Assembly (NCBI RefSeq): GCF_001194135.2
Contig: NC_068981.1
Coordinates: 2,513,145-2,577,125 of the forward strand
Direction of reading: 5' to 3'
Length of the DNA: 63,981 nucleotides
From: Octopus bimaculoides
Taxonomy: Eukaryota
Part shown: piece by piece, positions 51,274 through 63,500 of the stretch
How the letters are laid out: the number at the start of each line of letters is the position of its first letter
How positions within the stretch are numbered: position 1 is the first letter of the stretch
Translations under genes and position numbers: made by a program
The notes under the pieces: model-generated
The model's input: only the letters and a program-made list of their open reading frames with translations
The model's database searches: none
Told to the model about the DNA's origin: nothing

Positions 51274-52948
51274 GTGATATGCAGAACATATGCAGAGGAA
51301 CATTAAGATAAACACAGGTATGAATTATTTGTCCCTCTTTGTAGGTGTCATGCACAAGGTACTGGTGAGGGCCCACGGGAAAAAGCAGCCATGCTAGTGT
51401 CACATGAAAAGTGCTTTTTACACTGTGTAAAGGGGTTGGCATTAAGAAGGGCATCCAGCTGTAGGAGCCAGGCCAAAAGAGACAAGGGAACCTGGTGCAG
51501 CTACTGGCCTTAGCAGTTCCTGTCAAGCTGTCCGACACATGCCAGCATGGAAATGGATGTTGAATGATGATGATGATGGTGATGATGATGATGACAATGA
51601 TGATGATGACAATGATGGTGTTCCCCTAATGATCCATTGTGGTTAGGTTTCCTAAAACATTTGGAATGTCCAATGATGTGTTCCGATTAACTGCAATGGT
51701 GAAATATACACAGAGACAAATAATTCATACGTTTCTATCTTAATTTACCCTGTAAACTGTAATAAAGATAAAATGATATTGAATGAGATATTTAAGCAGG
51801 CATGATTGTTGGAGTTAAGAAGTTTCTTTCACAACTCTGAGGTTTTAGGTTCAGTCCCACTAAATGGCATCTTTGGAGGATACCTTCTGCTATAAACCTT
51901 AAGCTGCTTTGTGTTTACAATTTAGAAGACAGAAAGTGTATGGGAGAAAAACCAGAGTGATTGTTCCTGTTTTGAGGTTGTAGATTTAATTGGTGGCCTG
52001 GTTTAACAGCAGCGCCACCTGGGCCTTAGATGAATTTAATGATGTTCACTCTGTTGTAAGTATGTAGATCAGGTCACCAGTTTAAGAGTAACTCCTTTCC
52101 TTCATTCTACCAGACTTGAAGGCCATGTCTAGGGCACTAACTTTCCACTTCTGACTAACCACACAAAAAAAAAAAGAAAGTGTATTGTAGAGAGTTGTCA
52201 TCATCAATGTTTTAATGTCCACTTTTCCATTCTTGTATGGGTCAGCTGGAATTCAGTGAAGCACATTCTCTATAGCTGGATGCCTTTCCTGTCACCAAAC
52301 CATACCTGTTTCACCATGACCAGACAATCGTCTCGTGGAAGATTCCAAACGAATGACACCGCCTGCATGACAGTGACACTTCTTTACAACTATCTTGTCT
52401 TGATGTTGAGATAAGGATGCATGCACATACACATTCTTTCTCCTTTTCTTGTTAGAAAGAGAGAAAGAATGTGTATTTTCTCTACAGCAAGACTCCTATA
52501 TCTGTCTCCTCTATCCCTGGTACAAAGCCGCTTCCCTCAATACTTCCCCACGCCTCTGCTAAGGGGTCTTGTATTGCAAGTTACTGATGCCTTCATTAGT
52601 AATGATGCCTTGAATAAAAGCACTCAGAACGTTCAGTGTAGTGGTTGGTATTAAAAAGAGTATCCAGTCATAGAAACCATGGCAAAACAGATATTGGGGC
52701 TGAACATCTAATCCATATCAGCATGGAAAATGGATGTTCAATGGTGATGATGATGATGATGATATATACATATACTTCTTTCAGATTCCATTTACCAAAT
52801 CCACTCACAAGGCTTTTGCTGACCCAGGGCTACAGTAGAAGACACCTGTCCAAAGTGCCGTATCATGGGACTGAACCTGAAACAACATGGTTGCAAAAGT
52901 AAACTTCTTTACCACACAGCCATGGTGAGAATAAATATAAAACTTTAC

Positions 52949-53097
52949 CTAAATCTTTCTCTCCAGATAATGTATATAGCAGCCAATATCTCGATGACAA
53001 ATGTGAGCCATATATTTCCGTAGTGTTACACAGTGTCTGTACATATTCACCTACCTTTCTTTCGTTTATGCGAGAATTTCTTTGAAAAGTAGTATAA
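52949..53097 (-). CDS. Gene B exon (N)YTTFQRNSRINERKVGEYVQTLCNTTEIYGSHLSSRYWLLYTLSGEKDL
   Basis: atttgattttctttctag|T...TTAG|gtaaag; 149 nt, phase 2 to 1; G.YV..L and YW.L motifs. Confidence 0.8.
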
Positions 53098-54391
53098 CTA
53101 GAAAGAAAATCAAATACGTTTGTTAATACAACAGAATTATGAAACTTGGCCTTAGCACAGAATGCCAATAATGATAAATTGATTGAGAATTTAGATGTTA
53201 TAAGGTTAAAGATAGAGCTAGTTTACTAATTAGAGGAAAGCAAAGGAATTTTATTGTGAGAATCTTTTAACTAATCTGTTGAACCTATTTTGGTACATAA
53301 AGTTTGTTTCTCAATTTCTTCTTTACTTGTTCTCTCTCAACTCAATACTTCTAAGTAGCAAATAACTTTGTAAATAACGTGGCCTTTATCTGTATGTATG
53401 TGTTTCTCTTTTCACCGTTCTATATAAGAGATGGAGCAGGTATATTTTTATATCATCAAAGACAATATCGGTATATCATTGGTTATGGTATACAACTGGT
53501 CAGAATGTTGCCATTGGTCTTGCACTGAATATTGTTTAATAGCAATATTCAACTTGAAACTAACAGTAACAATCTGATTAGTTATATGCCATAACCAGTA
53601 AACTGGTATTTCAAATGGAGATGGTATGAAAACATCTGCAATTAAAGATGTGTTAAAGAATTTTCTGTGTCTTCTCCTTTACATTGGATTTTATATATAT
53701 ATATATATATATTATCGGTCACACATGTGTAGTGTATGTGCAACTGATAATGTTTACATTACTACTAGAACTGCTTTTAATTTGTCATTCTTTCCCATGT
53801 GCTATGCTGCAGCACATCAGCAAATAGACTTCACTCTATTTGCCTATCAGTCTCAGACCAACAATTCATTTTGTTTCAAGGTGATCTGATAACACGGTAT
53901 TGAGGAGACACAATAAAGGCAAAATATTGACATCTACCACTCATGGATATTTTAGGGCAAATTGTCTTGCCTGGTCCGGGACATTCAGTGTCCTTTAACA
54001 CTCACCATCATGTAGGGAGCTTTCCCTGGATGCAGCAAACAGAAGTATAACAAAAAACACATACTCTACTTTCAACTGAAAATAATTTGAAATTCAAAAG
54101 TAGGATGTGATTTTTTTTCACGTAAATCTTCTATAAAAGTTAATCTGGAGTATCAATCCTGCTGTAACATCTCATAATACATAGGGTTAAAAAGACGCTT
54201 GGACAAAAATGATGGAAAGCTACATGTGAGATTCAAATCATACAGCTACATTCGTGATATCATGTTAATGAAATAGTTTTCTAAATTTGATGACGGGCCT
54301 TGCCTAAATCCTCACATCTTTCCACTTCCTCACAGCAAAGAAATATCTAAGAAGGCTTGTCAGTCTGTCTCATGGTCCCAACAGACAAAAT

Positions 54392-54449
54392 GGAAAGATG
54401 TTGCTCTGGAGGTTTGGAAAGATGTTGCTCTGGAGGTTTGGAAAGATGT
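54392..54449. repeat. 24-bp tandem repeat, about 2.4 copies
   Basis: ggaaagatgttgctctggaggttt repeated. Confidence 0.9.
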
Positions 54450-55130
54450 GTTGGAACAGCCACTCTGATTCAAAGGGCTTGCACTTGTAGATAACCATCT
54501 CTGCCCCAATATATCGTTTATGAAAGATCTACATATTTCTAAATGCTTCTAAAGTGCCCTGAGAGAAATGTTAGACATAAGAAGCATTGGATGTGGCGTG
54601 CAAGAGGGACGTTTGTGTTGGTATGGTCACATACTGTGGATGGATGAGGAGAGCTGTGTGAAGAAGTGCCACTGCCAAAAAGTGGAAGGAATCCGGGGTA
54701 GAGGGAAATCCAGGAAGAGATGGGATGAGGTGGAGAAGCATGACCTTCGAACGTTGGGCCTCACAGAGGCAATGACAAAAGACCAAGACCTCTGGAGATC
54801 TGCTGTGACTGCGAAGACTCAGCAAATAAAGTGAGTTCACAGTTGTAACCCACACCAGTGTCGCATAACCAGCCCACTCAAAAGTACCTTGGATCATAGG
54901 GCAACATGCTGTGCTTGAGGAGACCTATTGAGTCAAGTACATCAACATCAGCAATATCAAAATCAAATCAAATGGAAATTGTAGTTGTGAGCCCCGTGCC
55001 AGTAGCACGTAAAAAGCACCATCTGAACGTGGCCAATGCCAGTGCTGCCTTGACTGGCTTCCGTGCTGGTGGCATGTAAAAAGCACGCACTACACTCTCA
55101 GAGTGGTTGATGTTAGGAAGGGCATCCAGC

Positions 55131-55494
55131 GGCGATCTTTCGATACTAGTACGCAGCAACATCTGGTCGTTGCGCACACGCATACTGATTACATGATCGT
55201 ATAGTGTGTTTATGTGTTTAAAATTTCAGTTCGGATGGCACCTTACTCACTTGCACCTTGGCCACACGTTTGCTGCAGTACGAAGGCAAGAGCACCCATT
55301 CCTCTGTCCTTATTGCCTCTGTGGAGTGCTTTATTGCTTCCTCCTCCGTTGTGAAGTGCACCTCCACAGTGGTGTATCTCCTCCCTATACTGATTACATG
55401 ATCGTATAGTGTGTTTATGTGTTTAAAGTTTGAGAACTGTATGCATCTGAGGGGGAGACCGGATGTTCTTGCATACTAGTATCGAAAGATCGCC
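55131..55494. mobile_element. MITE with GGCGATC termini and 8-bp TSD, inserted in an RTE 3' UTR copy
   Basis: Perfect 21-bp TIR ggcgatctttcgatactagta (about 38 bp imperfect); TSD catccagc at 55123-55130 and 55495-55502. Confidence 0.9.
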
Positions 55495-55607
55495 CATCCA
55501 GCTGTAGAAACACTGCCAGATCAGATTGGGGCAGGTGCAGCCTCCTGGCTTCCCAAACCCCAGTCGAACCGTCCAACCCATGCCAGCATGGAAAGCGGAC
55601 GTTAAAC

Positions 55608-55638
<31 letters not shown>

Positions 55639-55767
55639 TTATTAATGAATATCAATAACTAGAAGTAACTGTCATATGACAGGTAAAAGTTTGGAAGACA
55701 GATGTCGAATGATGATGATGATGTAAATGTTGGTTGGTTGGCTGATTTTTCCAGTCATGCTTTACAT

Positions 55768-55818
<51 letters not shown>

Positions 55819-56778
55819 TTAACTTCTGCACATACAAGGCCTGGTGACAAGCAAAGAGTAAAAGAACGCTACACACATACAGGGAGAAAGAATCAGAGAG
55901 GAGGAGGAGGAGGAGGAGGAGGAGGAGGAGATGACAGAATAGTTATAAGACAAGTTATACAAACAAGAAATTTATTTTATTTAATTTTATTTCAAGGTGA
56001 TCAATATTTTTCTTTTTGGAAATTAGTCTTCATTTCATCATTTTGTTGAAGCACCAAGAAATTTTATAAAAAGTTAAAATCATAATTATTATATGTCTGC
56101 CATAATTCTTGATACTAGCCAGGGTGGCAAAAGTATATTTTGAATGTTACTTGTCATATAACATGTATCTCTAATTATATACATTAATTAGTTATTCTCA
56201 TTATGCATATTCATTAAAAATATAACCCTGTATCTTACTTTTAATTGTTTCAGTTATTAAACTGTGGCTATGCTAGGGCACCACCCTGAAGAATTTTAGT
56301 CGAGTGAATTGGCCCTTGTATTATTTTTCTTAACCCTGGTACTTATTTTAATGGGATACCTTTTGCTGAACTACTAAGTTACAGGGATGTAAATACATCA
56401 ACACCAGTTGTCAAGCAGTGGTGGGGGACAAAACACAGATGACAACACACACACACACACATATATGATGAGCTTCTTTCACTTTCTGTCTGCCAAATCC
56501 ACTCATAAGGCTTTGATCAGCCTGAGGCTATAGTGGAAGACACTTGCCCAAGGTGCCACACAGTGGGACTGAACCCAGAACCATGTGGTTGGGAAGCAAT
56601 CTTCTTACCACACAGCCATTTAGAATGTAACTGTAGAAGCAGTGATAAATAAATAAATTCTTTATAAATGATATATCTTGAATGTAGCTGCATGGCTTAT
56701 ATCCCCACAAGTGGCTTTCTGCCTATTTTTAAATGCAAAATGCAAACAATATCAAAAGAATTAAAGAAAACCACATAC

Positions 56779-56908
56779 TTGAAACATGCATTTCTGTCAG
56801 CCAAAATATTGAGAATATTCTTCAACGGTTGTTTGGATAATTTCAAATCATTCTGAATTATGGTATTATTTGGATGTTTAAGTTCTACTCTGACAGAAAT
56901 TGTAGCAT
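56779..56908 (-). CDS. Gene B exon (N)ATISVRVELKHPNNTIIQNDLKLSKQPLKNILNILADRNACF
   Basis: tttatttatttgtttatctctacttcag|AT...TCAA|gtatgt; 130 nt, phase 1 to 2. Confidence 0.8.
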
Positions 56909-57343
56909 CTGAAGTAGAGATAAACAAATAAATAAAGGTAAATAAAACAAAAAATATATATATAAAGAAAACAATCTCATGCAACAACTTCCTTTCCCAT
57001 CCCCACCCATCTGCATGTCTAAGCCATCCATGTTATCTTTTTAGGTCTACTCCAGTGGGTGTCCATGTAAGATTTTGTTAAAATTTATGTGCGATAACCT
57101 GGTCATCGTTGTATTTCAAGATGGTCATTTTTTGTTTTGTTTTTTCCTGCCAAATAAACACACACACTATATATTCGTTCTTCACTCATTTATTACTGTT
57201 CTTATTCTAACTAATGTCCATTGTCCAGAAATCTTTCATCACACACCTGTGACTTCTTCAGCAACACTTTCCATTCTTTTCATTCTTCTGTGTGTTCTTT
57301 TATGATATGTATCCTTGTATGCGTATGCATCTGTATTTGTGTG

Positions 57344-57379
<36 letters not shown>

Positions 57380-57644
57380 ATTGTTCTTAGTAGTACTACA
57401 AACCTCCTCTCAACCCCATTCCTCCCCCATTGCTGCTGCTGCTGCCTTTGCCCCCGAATTTTGGTACTGTTCCTGTGTCTCTCTGTTTCTGTGTTCGCCC
57501 ATGCTGTTGCCATTGTGGTAGTTGTTGCTGTTTTTACCATTGTTGCTATTGTTGCTGTTGATCACATTGTTGATATTGCTGTGGCCATTTGTGAAGTTAC
57601 AGTATCTGTGTTTGTGCGTGTATATGTGTGAGTAAACTGGTTAT

Positions 57645-57864
57645 CCCTTTATCGTTAACATTACTCTGTCAAATGTAATGTGTATTTATTTCTATCATTT
57701 TGAATTAATCATCTAATATCATGTAGTTTCAAGATTTCAATGACATGATTGTATATCTTTCGAATGACATTGTAGGGTAGGTGTGAGAAGCTGGATCTGG
57801 CTGGTTTGAACATAAAACATGTAGAATATTTTGGCCAGATATGATTGGAGTAAATACTAAAGGG
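57645..57864. mobile_element. piggyBac-type MITE
   Basis: ttat|cccttta ... taaaggg|ttat; TTAA-like TSD, CCC/GGG ends. Confidence 0.7.
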
Positions 57865-58482
57865 TTATACTTCTACAATACACAAAATATTTTAACAATT
57901 TTTGGTATAAATCCTAATGATATTTAATCATAAAAATATACTAGAAGCTTTTAGATGCCCCTGAATGAAATAGCAACCAAACGGTCAATAAACAACTAAT
58001 AGTTGAGAACCATTTGTTTAGTCAGTCCCTGAATAGAAAGAATTTATACATACTCATATGTGTATAGTTATGAAACAAATGCCTTAACGGTACAGCTGTA
58101 CTGACACCTATATGTATAGTGAAATCGTAGTTGTGGTCGATGCCAGTGCCACCTGACTGGCACCCATGTTAGTGGCGCGTAAAAAGTACCATTTGAGTGT
58201 GGCTGATGCCAGTCCTACCTGCCTAGCTCTCGTGCCGGTGGCATTTAAAAATCACCATTTGAGTGTGGCTGATGCCAGTACCATCTGAGTGGTACCCGTG
58301 TTGGTGGCATGTAAAAAGCACGCACTACACTCTTGAAGTGGTTATTGTGAGGAAGGGCATCCAACTGTAAAAACCTTGCCAAATCAGACTGGAGCCTGGT
58401 GCAGCTTCCCGGCTTGTCAGTCCTCAGTCAAACCATCCAGCATGGAAAGTGGACATTAAATGATGACAACAATGATGATGAA

Positions 58483-58526
<44 letters not shown>

Positions 58527-59372
58527 CACTATAATGTTAGAGAACTAAGGATTTGAGCTACACTTTTACTCCTCATGGAAACAACATAAATCTAATAAAG
58601 AAGTTAAAAATATTATGAGCATGTGAGTAAAAATTAATNNNNNNNNNNNNNNNNNNNNNNNNNNNNNGGGTTCAGTCCCACTGCGTGGCATCTTGGGCAA
58701 GTGCCTTCTACTATAGCCTCGGGCCGACCAATGCCTTGTGAGTGGATTTGGTAGACGGAAACTGAAAGAAGCCTGTCGTATATATGTATATATATATATG
58801 TATGTGTTTGTATGTCTGTGTTTGTCCCCCCAACATCGCTTGACAACCGATGCTGGTGTGTTTACGTCCCCGTAACTTAGCGGTTCGGCAAAAGAGACCG
58901 AAAGAATAAGTACTAGGCTTCCAAAGAATAAGTCCTGGGGTCGATTTGCTCGACTAAAGGCGGTGCTCCAGCATGGCCACAGTCAAAAGACTGAAACAAG
59001 TAAAAGAGTAAAAGAGTAAAAGAGTAATATATAAATAAACATATTATGTATTTAAAGTTAAAATCCAAGCTGCTTCATCTTGAAGCATGTCTGCTTATTC
59101 CAGTAGACGCTTCATCCAAATTTAATTTTGTATTATTTGATTCTCTGTTTGAAGAATTTCTCATAGGAATTTTCTTACATGTTTATTATCCAACATGTAC
59201 AATTTTGTAATTTCTGTTAGCAAATGAAACATGTATAATGGTGAATAAATAATACTAAAACATTTTTCCAACTTCCTGTTTTGATAAATAAATAAATATA
59301 TATATAAATGCTTAATAAATAAATGTTGCATGAAGCGTTGTTGAATGAAACATAATTATGTAAAATCATTTT

Positions 59373-59672
59373 TAACAGGTTCAAATGTAATCGGACATGT
59401 TAAGACTAACCCTGCAGGAATAGTCTTGGGAGAAAATTCTCCTCTTAGACTTATGTAAATACACATCTTATTTTGGGCCGTGAGTGACACCATGAGATCA
59501 TAGGACACTGGTATTTCTGTGTTGTTCTGCTTTGTCAGTTATGAAAACTAACTCAGTCACTCACGACCCAAAATAAAATGTGCTTTTGTAGAAGCCTCGT
59601 GGAGAATTTTCTTTTGGAAGTCTTCCTGTAGGGAAAGGATTTTATCATGTCCAATTACATTTGAACATGTCA
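59373..59672. mobile_element. Old foldback/MITE with roughly 110-bp diverged inverted arms
   Basis: gttcaaatgtaatcggacatg..gaaaattctcc..ttattttgggccgtgagtgac mirrored by gtcactcacgacccaaaataa..ggagaattttc..catgtccaattacatttgaac. Confidence 0.8.
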
Positions 59673-59709
59673 AACATGAATACATAAATATATATAAATA
59701 AATACTTAC

Positions 59710-59734
59710 TTGATGCTGATGATGATGATGCATT
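59710..59734 (-). CDS. Gene B 25-nt microexon NASSSSAS
   Basis: cttcttcaattttccag|AATGCATCATCATCATCAGCATCAA|gtaagt; phase 0 to 1, exactly what the neighbouring exons need. Confidence 0.75.
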
Positions 59735-60743
59735 CTGGAAAATTGAAGAAGTACATTTTAAGCAAAGTAAAATAATTTATAAAGAGTTTTCAAAAAATTT
59801 TTAATGTTTATATTAATATTTTTTAAATATTAAATTTATTTAATGTAATCATACCAAGACACTAAATAATTATTGAGACTAAAGTATAGTAAGCAAGCTT
59901 TAAAAAATAGTCATTTTTATAAATCATATTAAATTCTTCTTTTTTCCTTTGGTATAGTTTGAATGGCATTTTACAAAGGCTTGTCCCATGTTTGGCAAAA
60001 AAAAAAAAAAAAAAAAAAAAAAAAGATCCAAATTATTTTAATTAAACAAAAGCTAATTTTCCACATTGGTTCATCATCAGACAGATTTCTACTCACTGAT
60101 GACATAATGTCCTCCCTCTAATCTCTCATCAACTGGCACAAAGCCCTTCTCCCACTATTACCCCCCTCCTCCCAGCTGAAAGGGTTTTTGTCTTGCAGTT
60201 TACTTAGCAACCCTGTCAGTGCTAGTTCCATGTAATAAAGCACCAGTGCTGGTGCCACATAAAAGGGAATGGTGCCAGGGTCACATAAAAAGCATCTCTG
60301 TGAAGTGGTTGGTGCTAAGAAGGGCATCCGGCCATAGAAACCATGCCAGGACAGAAAATGGAGCCTAATGCTGTCCCCAGCCTTACCAACTCCTGTCATA
60401 CTATCCAACCCATGACAACAGGGAAAATGAATGTTAAATGATGATGATGATGATGATGTTCAAAATATGAGTGCTTAAACTCTTGATTTCTTTTGATAAC
60501 ATGGACACCTAAGGCTGTCAAGAAGAAAACACTAAATGGCACTTACACCAGAATTTGGCATAAGCCTAGCAATTTAAGTGGGAAGAAGTCAGTCAATTTA
60601 CATCAACCCCAGTGCTTGACTGGTGCTTTATTTCATTGACCTCCTGCAAAGAACAGCAAGAAGCACTTTGTCTGATGCTAATAATCTTGCTAGTTCATCA
60701 CTTCCCTTAAATAAAAAAAACAGAAGAAATCATTAATAAATAC

Positions 60744-60958
60744 CGATTGAGCTGCATTATTTATTTCAATGTTAGATGGTCTCATTGCTTTTATTTTTAA
60801 AAGTTGTTTCAACCAATTGCTGTTTAGCGGATTCTTTGGCATCGGCTTATAAGGATAGGGTGCTTTTGGTGGATAAGATGGCTTCATAAAACTACCGTAA
60901 GGATGTACATGAGACTGGTAAGCTGAAGGTATTGGTACATATGGCATAGGTGGTTGTC
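60744..60958 (-). CDS. Gene B exon (R)QPPMPYVPIPSAYQSHVHPYGSFMKPSYPPKAPYPYKPMPKNPLNSNWLKQLLKIKAMRPSNIEINNAAQS
   Basis: ttctttatctctctgtttcag|GA...TCG|gtattt; 215 nt, phase 1 to 0. Confidence 0.85.
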
Positions 60959-62522
60959 CTGAAACAGAGAGATAAAGAAATTAGCAGATCATCAACAGAA
61001 GTAAAATTTATGTAAAAAATATATATATATAGGCGCAGGAGTGGCTGTATTGTAAGAAGCTTGCTTCCCAACCACATGGTTTCAGGTTCAGTCCCACTGT
61101 GTGGCACTTTGGGCAAGCCTTGTGAGTCGATTTGGTAGATGGAAACTGGAAGAAGCCCATCATATATATATGTATATATTTATGTGTGTGTGTCTCTGTT
61201 TATCCCCCCCCCCACAACTGTTTGACCACCGATGCTGGTGTGTTTATGTCCCTGTAACTTAGCGGTTTGGCAAAAGAGACCAACAGAATAAGTACTAGGC
61301 TTACAAAGAATAAGTCCTGGGGGTGATTTCTTTGACTAACACCCTTTAAGGTGGTGCTCCAGCATGGCCGCAGTCAAATGACTGAAACAAGTAAAGAATA
61401 AAAGAATAAAAAAACCACACAACCACTGCAGGAATGGCTGTGAGGTTCAGAAGTTCACTTTGAAACTATGTGTCCCTTTGGATAAGTGACTTAGACTGTA
61501 GCTCCAGCAAACCAATTTCATGAGAGGGAATTTGTTAGATGGCAACTGTGTGGAAAAATGAAATGAAATAAATATTTCCTTCTCGAGCCACGCCAGGCTC
61601 ACGAGAGCCATTTTCCTGGTTTCAATGGCATATGTAGCCCCCACTTGGAAAGATGCCAGTCTGTCGCAGGATTACTCTTTTAATTGTTTCAGTCATTTGA
61701 TAAGAAGGACTTCATCTCTTACAAAACATCTTCTTCAGTTAAAACATTTCTCAATATGAATGGTATGATAAAATTTACTCTTTATATATAGTCATGGGCA
61801 GTTTGAATCACCTACACGATGAAGAGATGACATAGCTAGAAGGGGTAGAAACATCTATAGGAAGAGACTTATCTTACTAGACTTATTTTATTTAATTTAT
61901 TTAATGTATTTTTTATTCAAGTTCGGATTTGTAGTGACCCCTGGTGGTCAAGCAGTAAAGCAAAATGAAAAAGGGATCTAACGAGAATAATCTCCCTCAA
62001 CCTTCTCGAAAATTCTCAGATATTCTAGAAGCTCTCAATTAACATCCGGATGACATGGAAGTTAGGATCTTCCAGTTCATCCCTTATATAAAGCAAACAC
62101 ATTTCTAATTTCACGCTCCTTTTGCCTGTCAGTTCCTAGGCATACGCATTGAGCCACGCCATTTGCACACACACACACACACACATGCACGCATATTCAC
62201 CTTGTTAGCTTTGAGACATATGGTTGCAAAGTATGTTCATGTAATATGTTACAAGCCTTTTCTTTCAAACCATTCTTATATGTTAACGCATTACATCCAG
62301 TAATAAATATGTTATGACTTATGAACGTCTCACAAGCTCTTATTTTTCTTATCGTTTTACATACAAGATGGTGACCTCTCTTTCTCGCATGCAATTGTAA
62401 AATTGTAGGTTGTCACATACTGACATCTCTACATATTTGAATCTTCTAAACATGAATATACAATGAAAGTAATGCATTTCTACTATACTACTCAGAAATA
62501 TTCACATAACCTCAATACTTAC

Positions 62523-62630
62523 TATAAGGAAAGCCAGGCTGCCCCGAAAGTGGAAAACTTGGATAGCTGTATGGATAAGGATACCTTGGCATCACTGGTA
62601 ATGGATAAACTGGATATACCGGTGGGTATA
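62523..62630 (-). CDS. Gene B exon YPPVYPVYPLPVMPRYPYPYSYPSFPLSGQPGFPY
   Basis: ttcttcttgaaatattgtag|TA...TATA|gtaagt; 108 nt, phase 1-1; absent from the ORF track. Confidence 0.88.
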
Positions 62631-62825
62631 CTACAATATTTCAAGAAGAAATGGTTATAAATATGAAAATTAATGTTGAAGTGTATTTCGATTAACAAAC
62701 AAACAGACAAAAGAACGACAATTGGTGAGGTTATTAAAGAAGAGACCATCAAACAAACAGATTTTATACAACATTTATACTGCACTTCAAGTATTAAAAA
62801 TTATAACTGAGAAAGATATGTATTT

Positions 62826-63500
62826 ATCGATACCAGGGCCACTTGACTGGCTCCTGTGCCAGTGGCACGTAAAAAGCACTACCCGAATGTGATCAATGCC
62901 AGTGCTCCCTGAATGGCTCTTGTGCCGGTGGCATATAAAAAGCACTATCCAAACGTGATCAATGCCGGTGCTCCCTGACTGGCTCCCATACCAGTGGCAT
63001 GTAAAATGCACTATTTAGACATGATCAATGCCAGGGCCACCTGACTGGCTCCTGTGCCAGTGGCACGTAAAAACCAATACCCAAATGTGATCGATGCCAG
63101 GGCTGCTTGACTGGCTCCCGTTCCGGTGGCACATAAAAAGAACCATTCAAATGTGATTGATGCCAGTACCCCCTGACTGGCTCCCATGCCGGTGGCACGT
63201 AAAAAGCACCATCCAAACGTGATTGATGCCAGTACTTCCTGACTGGCTCCTGTGCTGGTGGAATGTAAAAAGCACTACCAAATGTGATCGATGCCAGGGC
63301 CACCTGACTGGCTCCCGTTTCGGTGGTACATAAAAAACACCTACTACACACTCAGAGTAGTTGGCATTCGGAAGGACATCCAGCTGTAGAAACATTGCCA
63401 GATCAGATTGGATCCTGGTGCAGCCTTCTGGCTTGTCAGACCTCAGTCAAACCGTTCAATCCATACCATCATTGAAAACGGACGTTAAACGATGATGATG
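62826..63500 (+). mobile_element. RTE 3' UTR element with eight roughly 66-bp tandem units
   Basis: Unit gatc.atgccag....cctgactggctcc.gtgcc.gtggcac.taaaaagcac..., then gttggcattcggaaggacatccagctgtagaaac and a (GAT)n tail. Confidence 0.85.

Noticed and set aside
53055-53097. Short version of the 53-kb exon (LYYFSKKFSHKRKK, donor AAG|gtaggt)
   Set aside because: The upstream exon requires a phase-2 start, and the long form carries the domain motifs. The inner donor could still be a minor alternative.
53445-53630. Phase-1 open frame after a good acceptor (DVFIPSPFEIPVYW...)
   Set aside because: Overlaps a palindrome, is phase-incompatible with gene B, and has no donor.
59080-59146. ESNNTKLNLDEASTGISRHASR*, echoing QASTGLS in the gene A last exon
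   Set aside because: A short match likely due to chance; the phase does not fit and gene B continues through better exons.
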